Origin: the human T2T-CHM13v2.0 reference genome, Homo sapiens
Assembly: GCF_009914755.1 (NCBI RefSeq)
Contig: NC_060926.1
DNA length: 64,000 nt
Strand: one strand, 5' to 3'
The translations under genes and the position numbers were made by a program. The notes below the pieces were generated by a model, which was not told where the DNA came from, made no database searches, and saw only the letters and a list, made by a program, of their open reading frames with translations. The stretch's first letter is position 1. The number at the start of each line of letters is the position of its first letter. Below are positions 32,994 to 50,395 of this stretch, in pieces.

Positions 32994-33939
32994 CTAGACA
33001 AAAAACAATGAGAAAGTTGAAATGAAAACAAACTTATTATTAAGCCACCTTTAATGCTACAATGCACTTGAATCTATGCTTCCACTTATCTCTTGGAATT
33101 CAGAAAATATAAACTTGATAGTTTAACTCTGTAAAGAACTGGCTGGTTTAAAACACATGTAGCTAAAATAACATGTATGGTTGATAGGTTGGACTTGTAA
33201 AATATTTTCTTAACTTAAATACATGCAGTTTTTTTCTAATTGGTTTTAATTATTGGCATTAAAAGCATGACATATTAAAATAAAAAAAGGCATATTATAC
33301 ACAGAACATGGACATTTCAGATTGAAATCTAGAATATTTCCTGATAGAATCTCCTGATATTTTCATCACTAGCATTGCTATTTGTGCTTTACATTTGAGC
33401 ACTCCCAATTTTATAAATTAAAACACCAAATTTACAAACATCCAAACAACAATCTAACTCTATCCTAACTCCTTTCAGAGCACCCTAAGGAGCCCTGCCC
33501 CTGTTGCTGTCAGCCAGCAACCAGGGATAGGACTGCACCACTGAGAAAAAGTACTCTCTAGGCCAATCAAAGTTCCCACTGCTTTCAGGGTAGCTGTGTT
33601 AATAATAAAGACACAAGCTTTCAACTTTGATGGGGTATATTCTGAAATGTAAGGAACTGGGGGAATGAATAGGGATCAAGTTGTCTCTGTACTCTCTGCC
33701 TCCTACTCACAAACATACTTATTCCTCAACTGGTTTGCTCGGCTTTCTCCTCCATTCCCCAGCTTCCTCACTCCAACTGTTCTCAACTTTAGGTTCCTCA
33801 GAGGCAATGGAGACAACAGAGAAAGAGAAAAAAGGAGTGCAAAGGCATGATCTTAATGGTTTCATAATCAGTTCCCACTGTAAAATTTCTTTCCTTCCTA
33901 TCTATTCTACCACCCTTCCTCCTGAAAATAATACAGTAA

Positions 33940-34090
33940 TATATACCATATATATATTACACATACACAGATATTATGTTATATATATACTGATATTACA
34001 TATATTATATATTATATACACACACAGGTTTTACATATATAAATATATATATATATTTGAAAAAAAAAATATATATATATATTTGAAAAA
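33940..34090. repeat. AT-rich low-complexity/(TA)n tract
   Basis: Directly visible; duplicated atatatatatatatttgaaaaa. Confidence 0.8.
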
Positions 34091-34675
34091 TGCTAATAAA
34101 TTCCTATAGGCTAGTTGGAAAATTATTACACTCCTAATGTGGCTAAAATACTATATTATTGTAATAAAAAATAAACTAACATTAATATTAGTGTGCATTA
34201 TTTCAAAAATGGAATGAATTAAATGATTGCTGTGGGCCACCTACATCATGCATAAGTCTTATTTATAAGATGGAAATTGCCTATAGATAATAATGTGTTA
34301 TATATGAGTTTTAGTTTACACTATGTAATTTAGAGAATATATAACTTTAGAATGCACATATTCAGTTATGGTATTAAATGTATATTTTATTATTTTGTAG
34401 TAAAATTTTTGGTAAAAGTAGTAAATGCGCTTTTTAAAAAAATCTACATTTTGAATAGTGCTAACATGCTGACTTTTCCAAGGAGAAGGGGAGCCACTTG
34501 ATCCCAATTACTGTTTTCTTAGAATGAACAAATATGGCCGTCAAGAAATCTGAAGAAACATGCTCAAAAGTTCTTATTTCATTTGGTATTTAAAAAAATA
34601 AATTAGATATAATAGATATGGTATCATTAGTCTGAAAAGCTCTTGAGAGTATCCATTCAAAATTTCTACAAGTCT

Positions 34676-34855
34676 ACACACAAAAGGTACAATTTAAAAT
34701 GTGGAAGCCCCTACTGCAGGATAACAAAAGAAATCTAAGAGAGAAACCATTTGATATAGCCAGTGTTCTCCCAAGAAAAATATTTCAATTTTTTTCTGAA
34801 GGTGAGAAGAATCTGTTGTCTTATTAGAAAGTTTGAAGCAGGGAGAAGAGGAAAT
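34676..34855 (+). repeat. 180-bp direct repeat, copy 1
   Basis: Matches 35945-36124 except one substitution (34800 A vs 36069 G). Confidence 0.95.
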
Positions 34856-35178
34856 TTCAAACCTACTCTCACTAGGTTTCTCCACAAGTACCTGCATGTC
34901 AAAGAAACACAAGTTCCACCTTATCAATTTAACTGCAATTGTCTTTGGTTTGATTCCAGTTTATAGTATGGGCCAGTCTGTATAGATTAGTCTGATATCA
35001 GTCTGTATAGATTAGTCTGATTTCAGAATCCATATTTATAAATCTGCATCTATGGGAAAACTCTACTCTGAATTTCAAAGTTCTATTTCCAAACCTTTAG
35101 AATACTACCTTTCTATAAGTACAAAGCCTGCTATAGTTAGTTTAATAAAGAATTATATTTTTAAAATTCAACCAGGGA

Positions 35179-35478
<300 letters not shown>

Positions 35479-35944
35479 TCAACCAGGGAGACCGTCATAG
35501 TCAACTTCATAATCTGTTTTTTCCTCCATAAACTACTACCCTGGACAAAACTGTTGGAGTGTGAGGAGAGTGGCCCATTCTGATCCACCACTGCCAAGAA
35601 TGGAGAGGAAAGGGTTGAATATTTATATTTAATCCTCTGGGGACACAGCAGAGAGTTTCTGTTCTTAAAAAAATTAGTAAAAGGATATTCTGATATGTAA
35701 AACAACATAGATAAGAAAGACAAAAAATATTTTTAGAAAAACGAGTTACAACAACTGAAACAAGTCAAAACTCTAGCATAAGATGAAAGCAAATCAACTG
35801 TTTCTGAGAAGAGAAATCCTGACAATGCAGGGTCTTCACAGAGAAAACACTGTGTGAAAAAAGAACTGCCTCAGCAACATCTCTATTATTCACATAAATT
35901 CACTAAAGTTAATTTTAAGTAAAACTTTAAATAAAAAATTTAAA

Positions 35945-36124
35945 ACACACAAAAGGTACAATTTAAAATGTGGAAGCCCCTACTGCAGGATAACAAAAGA
36001 AATCTAAGAGAGAAACCATTTGATATAGCCAGTGTTCTCCCAAGAAAAATATTTCAATTTTTTTCTGAGGGTGAGAAGAATCTGTTGTCTTATTAGAAAG
36101 TTTGAAGCAGGGAGAAGAGGAAAT
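35945..36124 (+). repeat. 180-bp direct repeat, copy 2
   Basis: Offset 1269 bp from copy 1; near-identical paired ORFs in the ORF track. Confidence 0.95.
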
Positions 36125-36146
36125 ATAGGAATCTGTAATATGTTGA

Positions 36147-36524
<378 letters not shown>

Positions 36525-39507
36525 TTCTCCTCTGAAAATTTAAGCAAAGTTTAGACCATAAGAAGAATGGTAAAGGGGCAAATGATGTGTTTTCTGACTT
36601 AAGGCACAAACTAGCACTTATTGAAACAGGATATTTACAAAACAGCATCTCTCAATCTCTTTCCTTTCCCTTTATCTCTAACTTAAGTGAGAACAATTTT
36701 TTTTACATTTAAAATACATTAAACAGAAAGTTCTATTTCAAGACAGTACTGGCCATCCTTCTCAATTTTTTTCTTACAATAACTCAAGAAGCTATAAGAG
36801 CAAGGAAAGTGATGTTTTTCTTATATAATAACATTTCAACTAAGTTGCATATAAACAACTAAACACTTTGATTAATTCCTAATAAATGTAATGAGAAACT
36901 ACTAAAATAACAAAAACATTGTATTCTAATAACCTAATTTTGTGGCATGTTCCATAAAATAAACATAATGATATTCTTAAAGGAACAAAGGGCCAGATAC
37001 ACATTTATCCTGAATTAAGAAAAAGGTAAGGTCATATAAGTTATTACAGGGAAGTTTATACGTCTTTCCTTAAAACAATTTATTCCAGTAGATGTTGCAA
37101 TCAAGCTTTTAAAAGAGTTTAAACAAGAAGTATACAGTACTGCTTAGAAAATATAGAATATTAAAATATCCTTTCTTAAGTTAAAGGATTATGAATCAGA
37201 CTGTCTAGATTGAAATATAAATCTTATTCATCAATGTAACTGCAAACCCACTTTCTTTGAAATATCTAAATTGTTTTATACTTGACTCATTCTTAGAACT
37301 CTATTTGCTATAAAAAACGTGTGAAATTATATCCTTTATGGAAAATGATCAAAGAGGAGAGATTATGCGGTGATCTTGAAACGACTGGGTAATTGTAAAC
37401 TGAAGGCTCCTGTAAAGATAACAGTGAACAATGAGAAAAAGTAACTAATAAACTTTCATCAGGAAACACTTAGTGAATGTGGTTCCCTCAAATCTCACAG
37501 AACTAGTAAGCCTAAGGTTTTATGTCTATCCTTCTTCCTACCTTCCTATAGACACCACCACTAATTGCTACCAAGTATTAAACATACTTCATCACTTCCT
37601 AGCTTTTGTTCCTTTTCTTGTATAACACATACTTTCTGCTCCTTTAAATACCATACTACTTTGTCATTCCTGAAAATGATCATGTTGTTTCACACCTTCA
37701 AACCTGTAAAAAACGCCTTTTTCTAGTTCCATTGGTTCATCAAAAAATTACTGTTCATCCCCCAAAGTCATACTGAGATGTCACTTTCTTCTCTTAATGT
37801 TTTCTCTGACCCTCTGACCCATAAGTATTCTCTCTATGGCCCTTCAAATATCTTAGAAAAACAGGTATTCTACTTAAAGTATAATTTTTTAAAAAAACAG
37901 GTATTACCGAATATATTACATATATTGAAACGATTATAGGTTTTATCTCCCTTACCAGAATATAAACTCATGATAGATAGAGCCTAAAATTTATTAATCT
38001 TTGTGGATGTGCAGACCCCTAGGAGAGGCTAGGCAAACTACATGGTTCAAGGACTCTGATCCCTTCCCTTCTCAGCTTTTTCCTTTTCAGACCTATCCCT
38101 ATCAACCTTCAATATTAGATTATCTCCAGGATGTCTACAGTATGACCATATAGAATACTGTTTCCCACAAAAACAAGGTTACAAATAAATATTTAGCAAT
38201 ATTTAGATTGCATAAGAACTCATTTGTATCGCTGATTCTTTGGGAAAAATAGATCACAATGAACATTCCCACTTGGAAATGTAAAGAATAAAGAATATAT
38301 GTCAGCTATTGGTCTATATTAATGCTAACATTCTGCTGGACCAATATTGTGAGAGCTTCTTACCCTAGGTGTATGGCTTAATTAGGCCCTAATTTGTGCT
38401 TCCTATTAAAGGGTTCTTTCTATTCACTGTTCTCTATGGCTCCTGAATCAGCCTGCTTCTTTCTTTTATATTACCTTCCTTGGTAATATAAATTTAAAAT
38501 TTATATTGGTAATATAAATATAAATATAAAGCTTCTTTCTTTTATATTACCTTCCTTGGCAATATCAGTAAATGTTTTTGACTTCTTTAGGAACTGCAAA
38601 GCTCTTAACCTGCTTCTTGTTCATAGAAGGTTGGCGTCCTAAGGACTGGTTTAAGTCTTGGCCAGTAAAAGGCTTTTTATAGGCCAAGCTTGTAATTTCT
38701 TTGGTAGAACTCACTCAGAAACTCAGAAGGCTTCCCATCTCTCTGTTTTCAGGCAGTTCCATGTACTGACAATCACACCCACAGTTCTCTGATGCATTCT
38801 CAAAGGATATTTCTTTCACCCTCTAACCCCTATACCTACCTACATACTCCTTTCTCCCGTTCCTCTTTCTCTGCTTCCTTGTGGGGATTCTCATAAGCTA
38901 TTAAGTTCTGATGGAAAATCCACATTCTTAATCTTCCTCCACTGCACTAAGTGTAATTTTATCCAGCTCAAAGGTTTTGCAGAGGATGGTATCCTTAGTC
39001 TGATATTTAGCTCCAAATCACTTTGGTCCTTTATTATTCAAAGGTTTTCTCAATCCTATCTCTTATCATATAAAGTGTAGAGAGAGGCAGTTTTGCTAAC
39101 TTCGTAAGGCCTTGAATTTCTAGAAACCTATTCCTTTTCATTTATGTTTTTAAACAGGTTTGAAAATGACCTAATTAGAAATTATCAATAAAAAGCATTA
39201 TCACAAAGTAAAAGCCAATGTAAAAGCCAATATACAGGACAAAGTCTAAGCAGAATATGGTCAAAGACAGAATTAGCAAATTAAAAGACAGTAAAGAATT
39301 CCTTGTGGTACAGAGAGACAAATGAGATTAAAAAATTAAAGAGTGGTTAAGAGACATGAAAAATTTGTTTGAACCTCTCAATCTATGAGAATTTCACAAA
39401 AATGGAAGAGAAAAAAATTGACAAACATACAATATTTGGATGATAGTAGCAGAGAATATGCTAGACTTGAAGAAAGATGTAACACCTTGGACTAAACATG
39501 GACTCTG

Positions 39508-40306
<799 letters not shown>

Positions 40307-40395
40307 ATGTGTACTCTGAGTACTAAGCAACATAAAGACAATCCTTTGATACCTGTTAGTAAGAATGCAGAACATCAAATAAACAAGAACATCTT

Positions 40396-41038
<643 letters not shown>

Positions 41039-41311
41039 TAAAGGTACCAGATAGAAAAGACAGTACCCAGAAAAGAAAAATAATCACATTGACAGTAGAC
41101 TTCTCCTCAGTATCAAACAAAACAATAAAACACATCTTTAAAGTGCTAAAGAAAAATAACTGTCAAACTAGAATTTAACACCAAAGTAAAATACCATTTA
41201 AGAGTGAGGGTAAAATGAAGATATTCTGAGATGTACAAAGACACAAAGTTTAAGTGTCCAGAGACCCAAATGTCAAAAACTCCTTTCAGTGCATGTCTCT
41301 TATTTCTTTCT

Positions 41312-41457
41312 ACTTTATTTTTTAATTGACAAATAATAATTGTATATATTTATGGTATATATAATGATATTTCAATACATATGATGTATAGTGATCAGAT
41401 CAGGGTAATTAGCATATCCATCACCACAAATATTTATCGTTTCTATGTGTTGGAACA
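41312..41457 (-). mobile_element. L1MA 3' terminal fragment
   Basis: ttaattgacaaataataattgtatatatttatgg..gatcagatcagggtaattagcatatccatcacc. Confidence 0.75.
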
Positions 41458-44400
41458 GGAACCACCAGGAATCTGTCACCCCACCTAGACACCACCTGCA
41501 TTGGCAGAATCTGTCTAATGTCATTACTTCAAAAATCTGGAGTTTACTGAAGACTTGCAAGTTCAAAGGGCAGGCTTGGACAGTAAATGTGCAGTTAATT
41601 TTCATCAATTTTAGCTCTTAGCACAATAGCAGCTACCCATCCCCACACCTAGTCCCATGGCAGGCAGCCATTCATACATTTCTGAAGCAATCTATATACA
41701 GCCTGCATAAGTCAGGGTAGGGGAAAAGGACCCTGTTCTGCAAATATTAGGGATCTGTGTTCTGATCACTGATTGCAACCTTTGATCACAGAGGTACAGA
41801 CAAAGAGGCAACCATTGTTGTAGTACCTCCCTCCTTTTATTGCAATTCCCTCCTCCTCTGGCAGAAGGCCTTCCTGGGGATTTAAAGGGCCAGCACCCTT
41901 TAAAAAAAAATCCTCTCTTCATTTTTCTCTTTTCCCCTTTTGGGAGCCAGACATTAAAAGCAGGACATTTTAAAACAACTGCACCAATGGGGAAAATTAG
42001 AAAGCAACTGGGCATTTCCAAGAAAACGTGCAGGCTCAGAAAAAATAAGATTTTAACTATACACTTCAGGCTTATTCTTGCCACACCGACAACCTACAAC
42101 AATAGAGAAAAACAAAATAATAAACAAAAATGATTTTAAAAGTCCTGCAGAAAGGGAAAGAATCTGATTTCCATTATTAGAGTCAAATGTCCAGTTTCCA
42201 AAAACAACAAAAAAAACAAAAAGCATACAATGAAACAGGAAAAATGGAGCATTCAAAGGAAAAAAAAGAATAAACAGAAACTGTCCCTGAAAACAGGATG
42301 GAAGATCTATTAGACAAAGACTTTAAAACAACTGTCTTAAAGATGCACAAAAGGCTAAAAAAATGATGTGAAAAAGTCAAGAAAAAGATGTTATGAACAA
42401 AATGCAAACATCAATATGGAGATAGAAAACCTGAAAAGAAACCAAACAGAAATTCTAGAGCTGAAAAGTATAATAACTGAAATGAAAAATTCACTAGAGG
42501 TATTCAAAGGCAAATGTGAACAGGCAGGAAAAACATCAATGAACTTGAAGCCAGGACAGTAAAAATAATCAAGTGCAAAGCATAAAAAGAAAACAGATTA
42601 AAGAAAAGTGAACAAAGTCTAAGGGACACGTGGAACACTATTAAGTGGCCCAACATATAAATGTGGGAGTTCCAGAAAAAGAAGAGAAAGACAGGCAGAG
42701 AGAATATTTGAAGAAATAATGGCTAAAAACTTCCCAGATATGATGAAAGACATGATTACAAATATCAAAAGCTGAATGAGCTCCAAATAAGATGAATCCA
42801 AAGAGTACTACAAAGAAACATATTATAATCAAACTACTGAATGACAAAAAGAAAGAATCTTGAAAGCGGCAAGAGAGAAGCACATGCAAGGGATCCTCCG
42901 TAATACTATCAGTAGCCTCTTATGATAAACTTTGGAGGTCCAAAGGCAGTTAGGTCAACATATTCAAAGCAAAAAACAAACAAAAGAAAACAAGACAAAA
43001 TAACAACAACAACAACAACAAACCCTGGCCAACCCAAAATCCTATTCTATTCGGGAAAATTGTCCTTCAAAGGTAAAAAAAATTAAGACACTCTCAAGTA
43101 AACAAAAGCTGAGAGAGTCATTTACCAGTAGACCTACTCTGCAGAAAATACTTAAAGAAGTCATGCAAGGTGAAATGAAAGACGTAGATAGTAACTTAAA
43201 GCTGTATGATGAAAGAAAAATCTCAATGAAGTTAAATACATGCATAATTATAACAGCTAGTATTATTGTAACACTAGTTTGTAACTCCTTGCTTTCTACA
43301 TGATTTAAATAACTAGTACATTAAAAAAATATAATAGATCCAAAGCTAGACTTGTGGTAACTTTGGTTTGCAGCTCCACATTTTGTTTTCTACATAATTT
43401 AAGAAACTAATATATTTAAAATAATTATTAATGTATGCTTTGGGACACATTAGTATAAGGATATAATTTTGTGACATCAACAACCAAAAGGGGTGGGAAC
43501 AAAGCTGTAAAGGAAATGAGTTTTTATATGTTACTAAAGTTAAACTGGAATAAATTCAAATTATAATGTAATAACTTTATGAGGTTAAATGTAATCCCCA
43601 TAGGCAACCACAAAGAAAATATCTACAGAATATATATAAAAGGAAATGAGAAAGAAATTTAAACATTTCAGTGTCAAAAAATAATCAACTAAACATAACA
43701 GAAGACAGTAGTGCAGGAAATGAAAAACAAAAAAGGTATAAGATATATAGAAAATAGCAAAATGACAGAAGTAAGTCTATCCTTCTTAGTAATTACGTTA
43801 AGTGTAAATGGATTAAACTCCCCAAAACACAGAAATTAGAATGGATAAAAACACAGAATCCAACTCTATACTGTCTACAAGAGATTCAACTTAAGTCCAA
43901 CGACACAAGTAAGTTGAAAGTGGAAGGATTTTTAAAAATTATATACAATATCAGACAAAACAGATTTTAAATTAAAAAAGGTTACGAGAGATAAGGACAT
44001 TATATATTAATAAGACTCTATAACAAGATATAACAATTATAAACATTTATGAAACCATGCCACAAAGAGTTAAGAAAACCAGTCTAAATTCCTATGTTTA
44101 TAGGATAACAGATAAGAAAATAAACAACTTGTTGAGATACTGAAACTCAAACTATAACCCAAGGAGTAAGAAGTCAGTAACTAGCAAAAATTCTTGAGTT
44201 TGTAGGATAGCAGATAATTAAAGACATAACCCACTGAGACGCCAAAACTCTCTAACCTTGTGAGAACAAGAGTAAACTGGCAAAAATCAGTTAAAACCAA
44301 AATGGCTGACAGAAGTTTGCACAGATGACCTTACTGACATCACAGCCTAAATTTACACTGCATGTTTCATATTAACTCCCCCTGAATTTGCACATGCAAT

Positions 44401-46573
44401 CCATGAGTTAGCATGAAGCAATAACTGCACATGCCCAAGAACTTTCCAAAACTTTCCTTTCCTTCTACCAATCACCTGTTAATCCCAATATCTACCCCCA
44501 AATCTATTCTAATAAAAATGTTACCATAAAAATAGCATGAGAGAGGGGAGGCAGAACAAGACGGCTGAATAGAAGCCTCCAGCAATTGTACCCCCACTAC
44601 CTCCCAACATAGGAACACCAGATTGAACACTATCCACATAAAACAGCATCTTTATAAGAGCTAAAAGTCAGATTGGTTACCAGCTTGGCCACAGTGGGGT
44701 AAAGCACCAAGCATTTCTGGACCTACCCTGGTCCAGAGGGGAGCCCACTGTCCTGAAGGGAGAGACTCAGGACTGGCAGCATTCACCAAAAGCTGACTGA
44801 AGAAGCCTTGGGCCTTTAGTAAACATTGGCCGTAGACAGGCAGTACTTGCTGTGGCCCTGGGGCAGTGGTGGCCATGGGAAGGGACTGCTCTGCTTGAGG
44901 AAAGAGGAAGGAAGGGTAGGGAGGACTTTGTCTTGTGACTTGGTCAGCTGCAGTAGAACACAGCACCAGGTGGAGTCCCAAGATGGCATCTCTAGACCCA
45001 CCCGGGGCTGGGGAGAAAACTTGCCACCCTTAAGGGAAGGACACAAGCCTGGGTGGATTTGCCACCTGCTGATGATAGAACTTTTGGGCCTTGAGGAGAC
45101 ACAGACGATAGCCAGGTAGTGGTCACTGCTGGCCTTAGGTGAGACCAGTGCTGTGCTGTCTTCGGATCTGACCCTGTGCAGTCCCAGTGGTCCTTGTGTC
45201 ACGCCTCTCCTAGCTCCAAGCAGCTCAGTACAGAGGGTGAGACTGTGTTTCCCTGGGGGAAAGTAAGGGAAGAGAACAGGAGTCTCTGACTGGTAATCCA
45301 GAGAATGCTTTTGGATCTTACCCGAGACTACTGAGGTCATACCTCTATGAGTCCACAAAAGATGCAGTGTTACTAAAGTTGGGGATATGACTGCAGTGAC
45401 CAATGAATTAGATCACAACACCCAAGGGTGTTTCAATATCTAGAAAGCATTCTCAAGAAGGACTGGTACAAATTAGTGCAGATGCAAAGACTAATAAATA
45501 ACTAACTTTTCAATGTCCAGACACAGACGAACATCTATGAGTATAAAGAACACCCAGGAACACATGGCCTCACCAAATGGACTAAATAGGGCACCAAAGA
45601 CCAATGCCAGAGAGACAGGGATGTGACCTTTCAGACGCAGAACTGAAAATAGCTGTTTTGAGAAAGCTCAATGAAATCTAAGGTAACACAAGAAGGAATT
45701 CAGAATCCTATCAGATAAATTTAATGAAGAAATTGAAACAGTTAAAAAGAAACAAGCAGAAATTCTGGAGCTGAAAAATGCAACTGACATTATGAAGAAT
45801 GCACAAGATAGAGTCTCTTAACAGCAGGATTAATCAAAAAGAAGAAAATTACTGAGCTTGAAGACAGGCTATGTGAAAATATACCTCAGAAGAGACAAAA
45901 GAAAAAAGAATAAAAAGTAATAAAGCACACCTACCAGATCAAAAAAATAGCCTCAAAAGGGCAAACCTAAGATACTGGCCTTTAAGGGGAGGAAGAGAAA
46001 GAGATCAGCGTAGAAAGTATATTCAAATGGATAATAACAGAGAACTTCCCAAATCTACAGTAAGATGCCAATATTCAAGTACAAGAAGGTTATAGGGCAC
46101 CAAGAAAATTTAATCCAAAGAAAAGTACCTCAAGACATTTAATAATCAAACACCCAAAGGGAGGGAATAAAGAAAGGATTCAAAAAGCAGCAAGAGAAAA
46201 GAAACAACATACAAAGGAGCTCCAATATGTCTGGTAGCAGACTTCTCAGGGGAAACCTTACAGGTGAGGAGTGAGTGGCATGACATATTTAAAGTGCTGA
46301 AAGAAAAAAACTTTTATCCTAGAATAGTATATCCAGCAAATATATCCTTCAAGATGAACTTTTCACTAGACTAAGAAAAAAAACAGGGAAGATTCAAATA
46401 AAATTGCAAATAAAAAAGGAGACATTACAATGGATACAACAGAAATACAAAGGATTATAAGAGACTATTATGAAAAAGTATAAACCAACAAGCTGAACAA
46501 TCTAAAATCAATAAACAAATCTCTTGATTCATACAGCCTAGCAAGACTGTATTATAAAAAAATAGAAAATTTT

Positions 46574-47183
<610 letters not shown>

Positions 47184-47257
47184 CAGAAGAAAAAATAGAA
47201 AATTTTAACAAACCAAAAATGAGTAAGGAGATTAAATCACTAATAAGTCTTCCATTA

Positions 47258-47967
<710 letters not shown>

Positions 47968-48548
47968 TCAATCCTACTCTAACTAGTCTGAAAAATAGAG
48001 GGGAAGGAAATACTTTCAAAGTCATTCTACAAGGACAGTATTACTGTGATATTAAAACTAGCCAAAACCACATTTTTAAAAAAGAGAAAACTATAGGCAA
48101 ATATCCCTGATTATATTGATGCAGAAGTCCTTAACAAAAAATTAGCAAACCAAATAACAACATATTAAAAATATCATTTGTCATAATCAAGTAGGATGCA
48201 TTCCAGGGGCGCAAAGATGGTTCAACACACGCAAATTAATCAATCTGATAGATCATATCAACAGAAAGAAGGACAAAATCCATATGGTCATTTCAATTGA
48301 TGCTGAAACAGTGTTTAAGAAAATTCAACATCCTTCATGATAAAAACCTTCAATAAATTGGGTATAAAGGAACTTACCTCAACACAATAAAAGCCATATA
48401 TGATAGACCCACAGCTAGTATCTTAATGAATGGGAGAGAAAACTGAAATCTAGAACGTAACAAGGATGCCCACTTTTACCACTGTCATTCAATATAATAC
48501 TGGAAAGTTGTAGGTAGAGCAATTAGACAAGAGAAAGAAATAGAAGGC

Positions 48549-50395
48549 AACCCTGAATAACCAAGGCAATCCTAAGCAAAAAGAACAAAGCAGAAGGCAT
48601 CAGGCTACCCAACTTCAAACTATACTACAGGGCTATTGTAACCAAAACAGCATGGTACTCGAACAAGAACAGACACAAAGACCAACAGAACAGAAAAGGG
48701 AACCCAGAAATGAGACCACACACCTACAACTGTCTGATCTTCAACAAACCTGAAAGAAATAAGCAATGGGGAAAGAATTCCCTATTCAGTAAGTGGTGCT
48801 GGCCAGGCACGGTGGCTCACACCTGTAATCCTAGCACCATGGGAGGCTCAGGCAGGTGGACTGCCTCAGCTCAGGAGTTCGAGACCAGCCTGGGCAACAC
48901 AGTGAAACCCCATCTCTACTAAAATACAAAAAAAATTAGCCAGGCATGGTGGCATGTGCCTGTAGTCCCAGCGACTCAGGAGGCTGAGGCAGGAGAATTG
49001 CTAGAAGCCAGGAGGCGGAGGTTGCAGTGAGCGGAGATCACGCCACTGTACTCCAGCTTGGGTGACAGGGTGAGACTCCGTCTCCAAAGAAAAAAATAAA
49101 AATAAAAAAGTGGTGCTGGGATAACTGGCTAGCCATATGCAAAGATTGAAACTGGACCCCCTCCTTACACCACATACAAAAATTAATTCAAGATGGATTA
49201 AAGCCTTAAATGTAAAACCCAAAATTATAAAAATGCTGGAAGACAACCTAAGCAATACCATCCAGGACATAGGCACAGGCAACGATTTCATGACAAAGAT
49301 GCCAAAAGCAACTGCAACAAAAGCAAAAATTGACAAATGTATACTAACTAAACTAGAGAGTTTCTGCACAGAGAAAGAAACTATCAACAGAGTAAACAGA
49401 CAATCTAAAGAATGGGAGAAAATTTTTGCAAACTATGCATCTGACAAAGGTCTAATATTCAGCATCTAAAAGGAACTTAAACAAATTTACAAGAAATAAA
49501 CAAACAACCCCATAAAAAAGTGGGCAAAGGACATGAAAAGACACTTTTCAACAGAAGACATACATGCGGCCAAAAATCATATGAAAAAAAGCTCAACATC
49601 ATTGATCATTAGAGAAATGCAAATCAAAACCACAATGAGATACCATCTAACTCCAGTCAGATGGCTACTATTAAAAAGTCAAAAAATAACAGATGTTGGC
49701 AAGGTTGTGGAGAAAAAGGAATGCTTTTACACCACTGGTGAGAGTGAAATTAGTTCAGCCATTGTGGAAGACAGTGTGGCAATTCCTCAAAGACCTAAAG
49801 ACAGATATACCATTTGACCCAGCAATCCCATTACTGAGTATACACCCAAAGGAATATATATCATTCTATTATAAAGATACACACATGTGTACGTTTATTG
49901 CAGCACTATGCACAATAGCAAAGGCATAGAATCAACCCGAATGCCCATCAATGGTAGACTGCATAAAGCAAATGTGGTACACATACACCATGGAATACTA
50001 TGCAGCCATAAAAAACAATGAGATCATGTCCTTTGCAGAAACACGAATGAAGCTGGAGGCCATTATCCTTAGCAAACTAACTCAGGAACAGAAAACCAAA
50101 TATCGCATGTTCTCACTTATAAGTGGGAGCTAAATGATGAGAGAACATGAACACATAGAGGGGAATAACACACACTGGGGCCTTTTGGAGAATGGAGGGT
50201 GCGAGGAGGGAGAGGATCAGGAAAAACAACTAATGGGTACTAGGCTTAATACCTGGCTGATGAAATAATCTGAACAACAAACCCCTAAGACACAAGTTTA
50301 CCCATGTAACACACCCGCACTTGTACCCCTGAACTTAAAATAAAAGTTTAAAAAGAAGAAGAAATAAAACTTTTTGGGGGGCAAATTTTTTAAAA
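48549..50395 (+). mobile_element. 5'-truncated older L1PA (about PA11-13) nested in L1MA ORF2; contains AluS at 48801-49107
   Basis: 3' UTR gggtactaggcttaatacctgg..cccctgaacttaaaataaaagtt; degenerate TSD aagagaaagaaatagaaggca / aagaaaaagaaataaagggca; Alu TSD aagtggtgct. Confidence 0.82.

Noticed and set aside
44661-45403. 195-aa and 106-aa ORFs in a GC-richer patch
   Set aside because: Lie in an old L1 5' UTR where stops are rarer; no recognisable protein and no CpG island
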